Source: Macrostomum lignano
Lineage: Eukaryota
Assembly (NCBI GenBank): GCA_002269645.1
Contig: NIVC01003956.1
Span: 3,573-67,572 of the forward strand
Direction: 5' to 3'
DNA: 64,000 bases
The position numbers were made by a program, and so were the translations under genes. The notes under the pieces were generated by a model. The model ran no database searches. It saw only the letters and a program-made list of their open reading frames with translations, and was not told the DNA's origin. Positions 49,128 to 60,453 of this stretch are shown in pieces (position 1 is the stretch's first letter; the number at the start of each line of letters is the position of its first letter).

Positions 49128-52030
49128 GTGAGTGGACTCACTCTGACTCACTGCCCAGTGCCCCACTCAAAAGTTTTTGCCCTTGCTCCTACCCTCTGCT
49201 CTGATTCCATATCCTCTCCCCTGCTCAAAAACAACGAGAACAATTTCATACCAGATGTTTGTTTTCCTCTCCTCTCCATCCCGGGAATTATGCGCTTCGA
49301 AATGTCAGCTGGCAAAACACGAGCCCCTGGAAGGATGTCTTATCCAAGACACATCTTATCTGATGTTCTGACGATCACCAAAGAGCTGCGAGTCTGCAGC
49401 TTGCACTTCCTGTCTACCGCCTACAACTGCCCAGCTTTAAGACACAGTGCCGGAGCACGGCTGCGCTGGGACGCCCTTCCAGACCTCGAACTGACGATGC
49501 CTCGCTTGAGTCTTTACGATATCAAACCAGTGGTAGCTAGAAGTGATGAAGAAGCGGATAACACCTACCCACCTCAGCTCGAGCGCTGGGACAAAGATCC
49601 AGTAGCGGTAGCTATGCCTCATTTAATTCTGTCTACGCAGTCTAGAAATCAGTGTGTTGCAAAATCTGCCATAACCGCTGGGCAAAGCAAGACTTTAGTA
49701 CAGCTAAGAAAAACACGTCAGCGCGTGAGCAGACAACGAGCGACCATCAAGCGTCTGCAGCAGCAAATTTGCAAGGCTAAGGGGATTAAATTCGGAAGTA
49801 CTCCAATGCGTCGTATGGCCTCAAACAGCAGGAAGCTTCACTTCATCGCAGCTCGCGGCATGAGATGGTCAAAGGATGACCTCACCGCTACAATAAGGCT
49901 CCACCATAAAAACCCGGCTGCATACAGGATGCTCAGAAAAGATTGGCAGCTACCCCTTCCTTCGGAGTCTGCACTCAAGCGCCGGACATGTCAGTTCTTC
50001 AAATCGCCAGGAGTCTGCTCAACAACTCTGATGCTGCTGAAACAGAAACTTGCCACAGGCCCAGAACATCAGCGAATAGCAACCCTATGCTTCGATGGGA
50101 TGAGCCTATCACCTAGCGTTCGCTACGATCAACACAAAGATAAGGTCATCGGCTTTGACACAAGCAGCTCCACTGAAAATGCTCAGCAAGTTCTAAAGCC
50201 TATCACGGAAGCCATCGTTGCTGTTTTGCGAGCCGTTTCAGCAAACTGGAAGCAAGCTATCGCCTATTACCCAGTTCATCGAACTCTCGGACAGTCGGGC
50301 TTTGCCGCTGCAATCGAAAATTGTCTCCATGCGAGTCATGCTATCGGTATTCGAGTCATTGCTCTTGTTGCTGACCAGGAGACAACACAGTGGGCACTAC
50401 TCTCTCGAATGGTAAGTTAGTTATTTGGCTACTAACTTGTATTTGTGGGACTATACGAGGACTATATAGTCTATACGGGGACTATATCTATATAACTAAA
50501 TCTGAAATATCATTTACTGATTTACAAAATTCCGAGTAATTAAATGAAAGCTAAATCGCCTAAATGTGATTTGCAGGTCTCACCATCTGCGCCTTTTTTC
50601 GTCACCCAGTGAGCCTAAAGCCGGTGTATGTGATAGTAGACATACCACACTGTCTGAAGAATCTACGCAATGCGCTTGTGAAAAACGATGTGGCTTTTGA
50701 CGGAAACAAACTGGCAAAATGGCAGCATGTTGTGGATTTTTTTGAAGCCGATCGTAGCCGTTCACTTCGATTGGCAAGTCGACTTACTGACGCTCATATC
50801 GCCCTACCGCTTGGACAGAAGATGCGCGTGTCTATAGCAGCTCAAGTGCTCAGTCATTCAGTTGCCAGCGGTATGCAAACTCTTTTGCATTATCAGGAAA
50901 TAGAGCCCAGCGCTTCGCAGACGGCGGAGTTTCTACAGCGCGTAAACGATCTGTTCGATATGCTGAACTCCGCAATAGTGCACGACAAAGGCTTCAAGCG
51001 GCCGATCTGCCGCGAGTCGCTAGCTGCACAAACTAACGAGCTGCGCAAAGCTGAGGCCTTTCTGCAGAGCTTGCGATTTTTACCGAAAAGCGGCAAGCCT
51101 GAAAAGTCGACTATGAAGTTTAAAGAAGCTTGGCGCCTTTCAGCTGCATCGATTCGTGAGCTCTCAACTGCGCTGATCGACGAGGAGAGTTTCGACTACG
51201 TCTGCACTCGCAGTCTTACTCAGGATCACGTGGAAGTGAGTTGTAGAATAATTTTAATGATAATAAATTAAAATAGCGAGTTATCAATTAAATATTCAAA
51301 AAATGGCAACGTTTTGCAGAATCTCTTCAGCATCATAAGAGGCCGAAATGGTTTCAATGAGAAGCCCGAGCTGGCAGCATTTGTCGGAGCATTGAGATCA
51401 GTGGCAGCTAGCGGACTTGATCGCCCTGATTCTGCAGCACGGAATTGTGAAGACGATGGGTGCACTGCGGCTGTGACAGCCAATCTTTCGCCTGCTGCTG
51501 CAGACACGAGCTGCGCATCTCCAAGCGACTTTCCTACGACCAGCATTGCTCAGCAGGCATCGCAGCCATCTCAACCAGATCCTATTCTTGCTGAAGCCAC
51601 TAAGTACGTCGGTGGCTTTGTGCTCAAAACAAGCCGTGTTCTGGAATGCTGTGCATGCAAGCAGGTGCTAACTGCCGCAGAGCCTAGAGGTGTACACCTA
51701 AAGAACAAGCTATTTAGCCATGCAGTCAACGGACTGACGCAGCCTTCAGCCGCTGCCCTTCTTGCGTTTTCAAGATTGGAGGCGTCTTTTTTAGAAAAAA
51801 TTGAAACATGCGCTTTGCTTCCAAAGGTGGCTGCACAAATTGTTAGCAAACTCCTGTCTGATGAAATCCAATTTCCGGCTTGCAGTGCACATTTTTCTGA
51901 TGTGCACAACAGTATTGTCTTGGCATTTGTTCGCTTGCGGTTGCATCATTGGTGCCGGGAAAAGATGCGCAGCTTGAAAGCTGCTGCTTATAAGCGGTGT
52001 GCAGTTCGCAAAGTAAAGAAATTTAATTAA
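49128..52030 (+). mobile_element. P-element/THAP9-like transposase gene, three exons (introns 50412-50576, 51236-51319)
   Basis: RVCSLHF (THAP), LCFDGMSL, DIPHCLKNLRNAL, KMRVSIAAQVLS and TQDHVE|NLFSIIR motifs. One frameshift in the T6 run near 50594; the 5' end is unclear. Confidence 0.88.
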
Positions 52031-52805
52031 TTGACAATAAGTTAGAAGCTGAATATCCTGACTAAACTGTTCTTTTACATTTTTCGTATTTTTCTACAGT
52101 CTTAAGTCTTAAATTCATTTCTTTTTAAATTAGTAAAACTGGGCAGACATGCTTATTTAATTACCTGCTTGTAGAAAGGCAGAGACAGATTTTGCACCTT
52201 TAGAAACTTTAAATTTCGTTTAAAACTATATAAATTTTACCTTCACTTTAATAAAGGCAAAAAACGCTAATTTTACTACTGAAAAAAGAGTAGAAAACGC
52301 ATTTTTTGCGAGTGACATATCTAATTGTTCTAGTATCTGTGGTCTGAACAGGACCAGGTCTCTGATTCATCCATGGGTACGATTCGACTACAGACCATAT
52401 ATGACAGCTATAGTAATTTTAGACTATATTTTTCCGTATTGTGGCGGCCAGATCGGTGCACGGCTGAGAGCGGAGCCCGCCAATACACAGGCCCCTGCAC
52501 GCTTGGCTGCTGGGGAGTTTTGTCCAGTCAGCCAGTTCGATCTCATACGTCCCTATACTTGTTAACTATAAATGACTAGCTTAAACAAATATACGCGAGA
52601 TCTTTTTGCTCGCTTGCTACTTTTCAACTAGCTACCACTCGCAAGCCGCTTTAGTAGTTGAAAACTGGCAAGCGAAGCGACAAAAAAGGCTTCGAGAAGT
52701 TATGTTTTTCTTAAGCTAAGAGAAAACAAAGAGGAACAAAGACCACCAATAGACTCCCAAACTTCTATTTTGAAGCATGAATTTGCTAACTTTTTTGCAT
52801 CAAGC

Positions 52806-52895
52806 AAACACAAGTTTATAACACAACACAAGGTTATAAACACAAGGTTATAAACCAAGGTTATAAACACAAGGTTATAAACACAAGGTTATAAA
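52806..52895. repeat. 14-bp tandem repeat, about 5-6 copies
   Basis: AAACACAAGGTTAT units. Confidence 0.85.
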
Positions 52896-52929
52896 TATGG
52901 ACTTTTACTACTAAATGCGCAAGAATAGT

Positions 52930-53990
52930 TTGGTTGGGCTCATTCACGATAGGATTAGCTACTCACTCACCTCTATTGGGGACATCAGGTCTGGAGACTC
53001 AGCAGGCGTTCGACTCCAGTTGATTTTGTTCTCCTCAATGAATTTCCGAGCAAGCCGGCTGGTATGCTTAGGATCATTGTCCTTATTAAGGCAAAAAAGC
53101 AAGTCAAAGCAAGAATAATATTTCATGGCAATTAGTTTTAGAATAAGAAAATTAACACAGCTAGGACCAGTAACTACGAGACTTGTACACATATACGCTC
53201 GTACACGCATCTAGCGAACACTTACTGCAAACAGTCGGTGGCCATTCGGAAACATGCTCTGAATTGTTGGCAACAGAGCTCTGGCAAGAATTTCGTTGAC
53301 ATAGAACTCGGCTTTCATGATCCCTTTGAAGATTACAACTTGAGTGGCACCTCTGCGGCTAATTCCAGCCCACACATGAACCTAAAGTATGCATGTTATG
53401 CATATTATCGAAAAAAAAGTTACGATTCCAAGCATTGCCTCGTCGCTTAAGCCTTGTCTATAATATTGCCTATAGAGTTCTCACCTTCAATGAATGCTTA
53501 GGCATTTGCATTTTAGGACGAGTAGCATGCATTCTCCGAAAAACAGTGCGGTGCGTTCTGCGAGACATGGCAACTGTGCATTCGTCAGTAAATATCACAT
53601 TCTCAAACGAGTCGTTAAGGGCTAATTTCGTCAAGCTCCAGAGGCACCGAACAATCTGGTTTTTTCTTTTAATCACTTGGCAGTATTGAGTCGTTGTTCT
53701 AATCCACCCTAACTTTCGTCTTATTCTCTTAACGGGGCTAGAGCTAATTTTGAGACCGAATTCTGACTTTACTTTTAGACAGATGTCACCAGCTGAGATG
53801 CGTCCCTCAGATTTCTTAATAAGGGTGTCAATATAAATCGCATGTTCAAAATCCCACTTGGTTTCGTTCTCCCTTCGAGTGATGGTACTTCTTTAAGAAA
53901 TTTGATGGCGTCGAACAGCAGACTGTGAAACCCCAATAGTCCTACTAACGTCATTTACAGTTTTATGCTCTAATAAAAACATTCTCCCAA
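52930..53990 (-). pseudogene. Tc1-type transposase pseudogene
   Basis: FENVIFTDE, DNDPKHTS and TPAESPDL motifs, with stops and frameshifts. Confidence 0.82.
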
Positions 53991-54417
53991 TGTGCATTTT
54001 TTGAGAGGATGATAAACGGTAACCCTGCCTCATTTCGCTACAAAGAAAATTTGTATACTCGTCAGACAAATGCTAGGGCTAATACTGCAGTATATGCTTG
54101 GGACACACAGAACATATATGAATTTTTATATGGTCATTAAATACAGCCAGCCCCCAGTCCCAACCAAGCAATCATGAAAAGTTATAGAAACACTATAAAA
54201 ACTATAGAAGACTGATACCAAGCGCCATGTACATGTGTTGTATCCCCCTTCCTCGCTGGCACGGCCGGGTTGGGTGACGGGTAGCGGTGTCGGGGTTCGG
54301 GTACTGGACTGCCCAGGGCTTACGAGCTCGATCGGCGACCCCGAGGCGTACGGACACTTCGGGGGGAGGTCAAGGTTGAGAAGTCGAGAGAGAGGGGAGG
54401 GGCGGCTGTGGGCGGGC

Positions 54418-54710
54418 GGCCACTCGACAGCCTGGTGAGTCAAGGAAGAGAGAGAGGGCTGCGGGCGGTCGGCCACTCGACAGCCTGGTGAGTCAAGGAA
54501 AAGAGAGAGGGCTGTGGGCGGGCGGCCACTCGACAGCCTGGTGAGTCAAGGAAGAGAGAGAGGGCTGCGGGCGGTCGGCCACTCGACAGCCTGGTGAGTC
54601 AAGGAAAAGAGAGAGGGCTGTGGGCGGGCGGCCACTCGACAGCCTGGTGAGTCAAGGAAGAGAGAGAGGGCTGCGGGCGGTCGGCCACTCGACAGCCTGG
54701 TGAGTCAGAC
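54418..54710. repeat. 53-bp tandem repeat inside the LTR (5 full + 1 partial here; 3 full + 1 variant at 62488-62685)
   Basis: GGCCACTCGACAGCCTGGTGAGTCAAGGAA(G/A)AGAGAGAGGGCTG(C/T)GGGCGG(T/G)C, alternating two variants; each has TGAGTCA. Confidence 0.92.
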
Positions 54711-54830
54711 TGAGGAGAGAGTGAGAGAGAGAGAGATCAGGAGAGCGACCCCGAGGAACACAGGCAATTGTCTCGACAGCTTACCGGGCCGGGTCGATTA
54801 TAGCACTCATACACGGGAAGGCCGATCGAT

Positions 54831-54873
54831 TGCAATAAATTGAGTCTTCGCAGTAAGAGACCGTCTTTACGGC
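54831..54873 (-). other. Spliced-leader exon-like sequence in the 3' LTR
   Basis: Minus strand GCCGTAAAGACGGTCTCTTACTGCGAAGACTCAATTTATTGCA; matches the M. lignano SL as I recall it, apart from the final TG. Confidence 0.85.
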
Positions 54874-55406
54874 TGATCGCTGGTCACGTTCGTTTATTTA
54901 TCGCGGTGGGCGCAAATGGGCGCAGGCACGGTGAGAAAAGGGGCGGGGTCTGAGCGTCGCCTTAAATAACGAGTAAAAAGGGGCAGGGGCGCAAACAAGG
55001 GGGGGGGAGAAAGGGCTTAAACAATGGAGCTGATTGACAGCTGATTGGCTGCGGCGAGGGGAGGGTGGAAGCGCGCACGGCCAGGGAGAGGGAGAGAGAG
55101 CAGAGGCCCAGCCAATCAGCACGGCTAGCCAAAGGGCTAAACAGCCAAGGCGAGAGAGAGAGAGAAAGAGAGCAGAGGCTCAGCCAAAGGGCTCATAGCT
55201 CCAGACTGGCTTGAGCCGGGGGGGGGGTAACAATAATCAACTACCAAAGTCAACAACTATCAAAGTGCACTTGCACCAGGGGAGCACTGTGACACAGGTC
55301 ACAACACCCTCCCCCCTAAAAAAAGAAAACGACGCGCTTTGACTGAATGAAAATGAAAAAAAAAATGTAATGAAATGAAACTGAATGAAAGAGACCAAGA
55401 GTGTCA

Positions 55407-55970
55407 GGCAGCGGCCGAGAGCGCAGGACAGGGGCCGAGGATGTCGGACAGGCCGAGAACACCGGGCACGGCCGAGAATGCCGGACTGTGGCCGAAAACG
55501 CCGGGCATGGCCGAGAATGCCGGACAGCGACCGAGAATGCCGGGCAGCGGCCGAGAACGCCTGGCATGGCCGAGAATGCCGGACAGCGGCCGAGAATGCC
55601 GGGCAGCGACCGAGAACGCCGGGCATGGCCGAGAACGCCGGGCATGGCCGAGAGTGCCGGACAGCGGCCGAGAATGCCGGACAGCGACCGAGAATGCCGG
55701 GCAGCGGCCGAGAACGCCTGGCATGGCCGAGAATGCCGGACAGCGGCCGAGAATGCCGGGCAGCGGCCGAGAATGCCGGGCATGGCCGAGAACGCCGGGC
55801 ATGGCCGAGAGTGCCGGACAGCGGCCGAGAATGCCGGGCAGCGGCCGAGAATGCCGGGCAGCGACCGAGAACGCCGGGCATGGCCGAGAGTGCCGGACAG
55901 CGGCCGAGAATGCCGGGCAGCGGCCGAGAATGCCGGGCAACGACCGAGAGCGCCGGGCATGGCCGAGAGT
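55407..55970. repeat. Array of 19/20-nt monomers in the element's 3' UTR
   Basis: CCGAGAATGCCGGACAGCGG, CCGAGAATGCCGGGCAGCGG and CCGAGAACGCCGGGCATGG units, roughly 28-30 monomers. Confidence 0.9.
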
Positions 55971-56101
55971 GTTCCCCGCCCTTCCTTCGGGGCCGCTCCC
56001 AGTGCCAAACAGAGGGATCACAACGACGATCAGAGGAGAGATGGGATGAAATGAAGGAGTGAAGGTCTCGTGCCCGCCCTGGCATCCTGCCCCAGAACCC
56101 C

Positions 56102-56983
56102 CTAGACCGCCACCTCCGCCGCCCGGCGCAACAACCCCAACACGCGTCCTCCGTCGATTAGTTCAAACTGAGGGATCGCAACACTCATGACGAACCGAGT
56201 GCTTCGCTTGAAGGCAGGCCGCCGCCAGACACGCCGAGCATGACCCCGACACTTGGCGCTGATGTCACGGAGAATGAACTTGACAGTCTGAGCCAAAAGC
56301 TCGGCGATTTCGCGTCGATGATCCAGCCGCTCGCTGCCGCACAGTCCCACCATTTCAGTCAAAAGCCGGAACATCGCAGCTGGACTCCCCGACAACAAAG
56401 CGTGCCGAAGCTCCGACCGGATTCGAGCTCTTCGCTGCGTTGCCTCCCCGCTCCAGGTGTATTCCACCTCGGTACTCGGCTCGCTCCTCATCAGCCACGC
56501 TGGCGACTCCCGTTGGTCGATGACGAGCTCCGGTTCGTCTTCTGACATCGAAGTTTCGCCGTCGGATTCATTCAAGAGCTCTTCTTCCTCTGACTGCGTG
56601 ATTTCACAGCAGCTCTGAGCAGTCTCCTCGCCGCCGCAACCACCACGCTCGCTTCCTTCCGACTCCCTGTCCTCGTCTGACTCTTCTGTTTCGTCTTCAA
56701 TCGTTACGACAAACTCCTCCGGGACGCACATCCCATCCGGCGGGACAAAATACCGGGCGCACTCGAGCGGGTTGCTAACGGCATCCTGCCCGAACCGGTA
56801 GTACAGCGCTCGTCGAAACGGACATAGCAGGACCGCACTCGCATGCTGCAGCCTCTGGAAATTCTCCGTTCCACCGGGTCCACACTTGTCGGGGTGCCGT
56901 CGCAGGCTCTCACGGCGGTACGCACGTCGCAGCTCCTCCTCCGTCGCGAAGGGGCTGACACCAAACTCGGCGTAGAGGTCCAT
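56102..56983 (-). CDS. J-domain (DnaJ/Hsp40-type) accessory protein, 293 aa, inside the retrotransposon
   Basis: MDLYAEFGVSPFATEEELRRAYRRESLRRHPDKCGPGGTENFQRLQHASAVLLCPFRRALYYRFG is a complete J domain with HPD. It is followed by an acidic linker and a helical C-terminus. ATG lies 16 nt after a TTGCAG acceptor. Confidence 0.9.
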   Translation of the reverse strand: MDLYAEFGVSPFATEEELRRAYRRESLRRHPDKCGPGGTENFQRLQHASAVLLCPFRRALYYRFGQDAVSNPLECARYFVPPDGMCVPEEFVVTIEDETEESDEDRESEGSERGGCGGEETAQSCCEITQSEEEELLNESDGETSMSEDEPELVIDQRESPAWLMRSEPSTEVEYTWSGEATQRRARIRSELRHALLSGSPAAMFRLLTEMVGLCGSERLDHRREIAELLAQTVKFILRDISAKCRGHARRVWRRPAFKRSTRFVMSVAIPQFELIDGGRVLGLLRRAAEVAV

Positions 56984-57189
56984 GCCCGGAAAGCAGTGCC
57001 TGCAACAACCACGACTCACTTTTGAGAGCAGGGCAATGGTTCCTTCGAGCCTCTTTGGGGCGCCGATCCTTCATCCCTGATGGCAGGGTTGGGCAGGTGG
57101 GACCTCCACTGACGGGCCTTAAGAGGGGAAATATATATTTTTGTTTGTGAAGCAGAGGCAATAACACGAGCCCAGTTTTCAATAACGCG

Positions 57190-57335
57190 GGTGATGACGC
57201 AGACGATGCTTCGAACCAAATGTTGATGACGCAGGTGATGACGCGGATGATGCTTCGAACCAAATGTTGATGACGCAGGTGATGACGCGGATGATGCTTC
57301 GAACCAAATGTTGATGACGCAGGTGATGACGCGAC
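57190..57335. repeat. 44-bp repeat, about 3 copies, between pol and the J-domain ORF
   Basis: GATGACGCAGGTGATGACGCGGATGATGCTTCGAACCAAATGTT. Confidence 0.9.
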
Positions 57336-57360
57336 ATTGCGCACGCACTCACGCCCGCTC

Positions 57361-60300
57361 TTAATAATAAACGGGCGTTCCATAACGCTGCGGAACCCTT
57401 CGATCCCTCTGGGGTCGACCTTCGATGACTTCAACTGGCGCTTCCGGCTGCGGCTGCACTCCTGGCTGCTGCACATCCATTGGTTCTCCCTCCTCTCGAA
57501 CCCGCCCGGAATGTCGCCACCATCGCTCCTCATCCTCATCGTCCGATTCCTGCGAGTCCTCCCTGACGGATTCCGTCTCTTGAGCAGGACCTGGGTGGTA
57601 CCTCCTTGGTGCAGGACGCCGAGGGCCACCGGTGCCGTCGACCGGGTACTTCCGGTACCGAGGCAGGAGGTTGTTAAAGTGCACCACCTTGATCGGCTTC
57701 CGTCGACCTTCCTGTCGAATCCTATAGCGCGTCTCCGACAGCTTCTCGAGAACTACGGCAGGTCCGGTCCAGGGTGAGTGGAGCTTCGCTTTGGCACCGG
57801 CCTTCAACACGGGGTTGTAGACGAACACCTCGTCGCCAGCCACGAATTCTCGACCCTTCACCTTCCGGTCGTACCAGTCTTTCTGCACTCGTTGATATGA
57901 CGTTATTCTCTCACGCACCACCCGATGGGCTTCCACGAGCGTCTCCCGCAGGTTCTGGACTTCCTCGCAGTACGGTTCGATGTCCAGTGGGCGCGCCACT
58001 CCCAAGTCAACTGGCAGAGACATCTCGCGACCATGCAGAAGGAAGAAGGGTGAGTAGCCGGTGCCGCGGTGCACACTGGAGCGATACGCCATGAGCGCCG
58101 GGGCAACGAATTCGTCCCACCGCCTCTGATCCGGCTCCTTCACCAGGTGCGCCCGGATCACTGCAGTCAGCGTCTTATTGAAGCTTTCCACTTGGCCGTT
58201 TCCAGAGGGGTGATAGGCGGTCGTACGCGTCTTTCGGATATTCAGACTTTCGCACAGCTGGCCGATCAATTGCGACTCGAAATTGGCTCCCTGATCCGAG
58301 TGGATTGTTCCTGGGGCTCCGTAGTGACAGACCCACTCCTCGAGCATTGCCCTTGCACAGGTGCTGGCCGTCTGATCTGGCACCGGTACTGCCACTGGCC
58401 ACTTACTGAACGCGTCCTGCATCGTCAGTATGTATTTGTTGCCTCGGACGCTGGTTGGCAGTGGTCCAATCAAATCCACCATCACTCTTTCAAACACATG
58501 GCTGCTGGGAATCGGCTCCAATGGGGCCTTCCGCCGCATCCCGGGCTTGCTCCGGTTACAGTCGTCACACCTTCGCACAAACTCCTCGACCTCTCGCTTC
58601 AAGCCGGGTCTCCAGAATCGGTTCCTGACTTTCTCCAGAGTCTTTGCTACGCCGAAGTGTCCACCTCCTGGTCCAGAGTGCAGCGTCTGCAGAGCGTCGG
58701 GGATCAATTTCTTCGGGAGAACAGCCCGCGGTGGGTGACGTCCCAGATCCTTGATGACGAGGGTGTTGTCCACAATTTCCAGCCGAGGCTTTTGTGCCCA
58801 GATGGCTCGGGTCGTTGGTGACGCACCCCGAGGTGGCTCTTCGTTTGCTCGGCCGGCGTGCATCGACTGGTAAACTGGAGCGATGTCGTTGTCCACAGCT
58901 TGTGCTGCTGCCAGCTCATCTCGGCTGAGCAACCCGAGCAGCGTCGTTACCCTGACCCCGGGGAGGTCATCAGTCCGGCACGACGGGCAGTTATCCATTT
59001 CGGGATGTCGTCGCGTCGGCTTGCGTGACAGCGCGTCCGCATTCTGATGACGCGCCCCTGGCCGATGCTCCACTGCGAAGTCGAATGGCGCCAACCTCTC
59101 CATCCACCGAGCCAACTGGCCTTCCGGCTGCCTCATACTTCGGAGCCACTGCAGACTTGCGTGGTCGGTGCGCACCCGGAACCTCCGGCCAAGTAGATAG
59201 TACCGGAACCTCTCTGCGAATGTCACCAGCGCCAGGAGCTCGATTCGTGTCGTGCAATAGTTGAATTCGGCCCCTTGCAGACGCCGACTCCCGTACGCAA
59301 TAACCCGCTCTGACCCGTCTTCTTGTACCTGCGACAAGACTGCTCCGAGACCCTGTCGGGTACTTCCATCGGTATCCAAGATGAACTCACCAGCCGTGGG
59401 GTCGAAGTTCGGGTAGGCCATCACGCGGCAACCGGTCAATTCTTCTTTCAGCTTTTTGAAGGCCTCATCGTGTTCCTCTCTCCAACTGAACGGCTTGTCT
59501 TTCTTTGTCAGATCAAAAAGTGGTGCAGCGACTATCGAGAATTCTGGTATGAAGTTTCGGTAGTAACCAGCCAGACCCAGGAACGACTGAAGGTCTTTTG
59601 CATTTCTTGGAATGCTCCAGTCACGGACTTCCTTGATCTTCTCCGGGTCGACATCGATTCCGTCCTTTGACACGACGTGGCCAAGGAATTTGACCTCATC
59701 GGCCAGGAATCTGCACTTAGATGGCTTTAGCCTCAAGTTGGCTGCGCGCAGGCGCTGGAATACCGCCTCGAGATTCGTTAGATGCTCGCTGACAGTTCGG
59801 GACCAAATGATGATATCGTCGATGTAGACGAGCGCCATTTTCCACAGAAGGTCGTGTAGTACCATATTCATCAACCTTGTGAATGTCGCCGGCGCATTGG
59901 TCAATCCGAAGGGCAGCACCTTGAACGCGAATTGCCCCCGATGCGGAATGACAAAAGCAGTCTTTTCTTGATCCTCCCTTTTGACCTTAACTTGCCAATA
60001 GCCGGAGCAAAGGTCGAGCGTCGAAAATACAGCCGCACCTCCGAGCGCTTCAAGTGCGTCATCGACACGCGGGATTGCTATGGCGTCCTTGACAGTTCGT
60101 TGATTCAACTCTCTGTAGTCGACACACAGTCGCAGTTCCCCATTCTTCTTACGGACACAGACCACTGGCGAACTCCACGGCGATTGGGTCGGTTCAATCA
60201 TCTTCGTTGCCAAAAGCTCGTCGATTTGTCGGTCGACTTCGCCGCGCCAATGTGGCGGTAGCCGTCGCGGAGGCTGTTTTACGGCTGTTCCGGTGGTCTC

Positions 60301-60453
60301 AATTTCATGCTGCACGATGTCCGTCGTCCCGAGGCGCGCTGTACTCTCTGCGAAAACATCTGCGTATCGATTCACCAATCTTAGGAAACTCGCTTTGTCT
60401 GCCCCCGTGAGCTGCTTGGAGCCGTGCTGGTTCAGTGCCGCCTCTGGTCCCAT
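57361..60453 (-). CDS. Gypsy pol: RT, RNase H, integrase (open for 1030 aa)
   Basis: LCVDYRELN, LPFGL, YIDD, ILDTDGS, TDHASL, HQNADALSR, HHCC, VDLIGP / SDQGANF / QVESFN (DDE), and SPWTGP (GPY/F). Confidence 0.97.
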   Translation of the reverse strand: MGPEAALNQHGSKQLTGADKASFLRLVNRYADVFAESTARLGTTDIVQHEIETTGTAVKQPPRRLPPHWRGEVDRQIDELLATKMIEPTQSPWSSPVVCVRKKNGELRLCVDYRELNQRTVKDAIAIPRVDDALEALGGAAVFSTLDLCSGYWQVKVKREDQEKTAFVIPHRGQFAFKVLPFGLTNAPATFTRLMNMVLHDLLWKMALVYIDDIIIWSRTVSEHLTNLEAVFQRLRAANLRLKPSKCRFLADEVKFLGHVVSKDGIDVDPEKIKEVRDWSIPRNAKDLQSFLGLAGYYRNFIPEFSIVAAPLFDLTKKDKPFSWREEHDEAFKKLKEELTGCRVMAYPNFDPTAGEFILDTDGSTRQGLGAVLSQVQEDGSERVIAYGSRRLQGAEFNYCTTRIELLALVTFAERFRYYLLGRRFRVRTDHASLQWLRSMRQPEGQLARWMERLAPFDFAVEHRPGARHQNADALSRKPTRRHPEMDNCPSCRTDDLPGVRVTTLLGLLSRDELAAAQAVDNDIAPVYQSMHAGRANEEPPRGASPTTRAIWAQKPRLEIVDNTLVIKDLGRHPPRAVLPKKLIPDALQTLHSGPGGGHFGVAKTLEKVRNRFWRPGLKREVEEFVRRCDDCNRSKPGMRRKAPLEPIPSSHVFERVMVDLIGPLPTSVRGNKYILTMQDAFSKWPVAVPVPDQTASTCARAMLEEWVCHYGAPGTIHSDQGANFESQLIGQLCESLNIRKTRTTAYHPSGNGQVESFNKTLTAVIRAHLVKEPDQRRWDEFVAPALMAYRSSVHRGTGYSPFFLLHGREMSLPVDLGVARPLDIEPYCEEVQNLRETLVEAHRVVRERITSYQRVQKDWYDRKVKGREFVAGDEVFVYNPVLKAGAKAKLHSPWTGPAVVLEKLSETRYRIRQEGRRKPIKVVHFNNLLPRYRKYPVDGTGGPRRPAPRRYHPGPAQETESVREDSQESDDEDEERWWRHSGRVREEGEPMDVQQPGVQPQPEAPVEVIEGRPQRDRRVPQRYGTPVYY

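Noticed and set aside
55237-56085. Six overlapping 200-280-aa ORFs
   Set aside because: Artefacts of a stop-free GC-rich tandem array.
56102-57019. The accessory ORF as env, or as a T-antigen-like LxCxE protein; also the GTG start at 57019
   Set aside because: No signal peptide or TM helix and no true LxCxE (closest is QSCCE). The GTG start lies upstream of the acceptor, so ATG 56983 is preferred.
54418-57335. CRISPR-like appearance of the repeat arrays (also 18620-19445 and 44550-44840)
   Set aside because: Units are contiguous with no unique spacers, there are no cas genes, and the context is eukaryotic.
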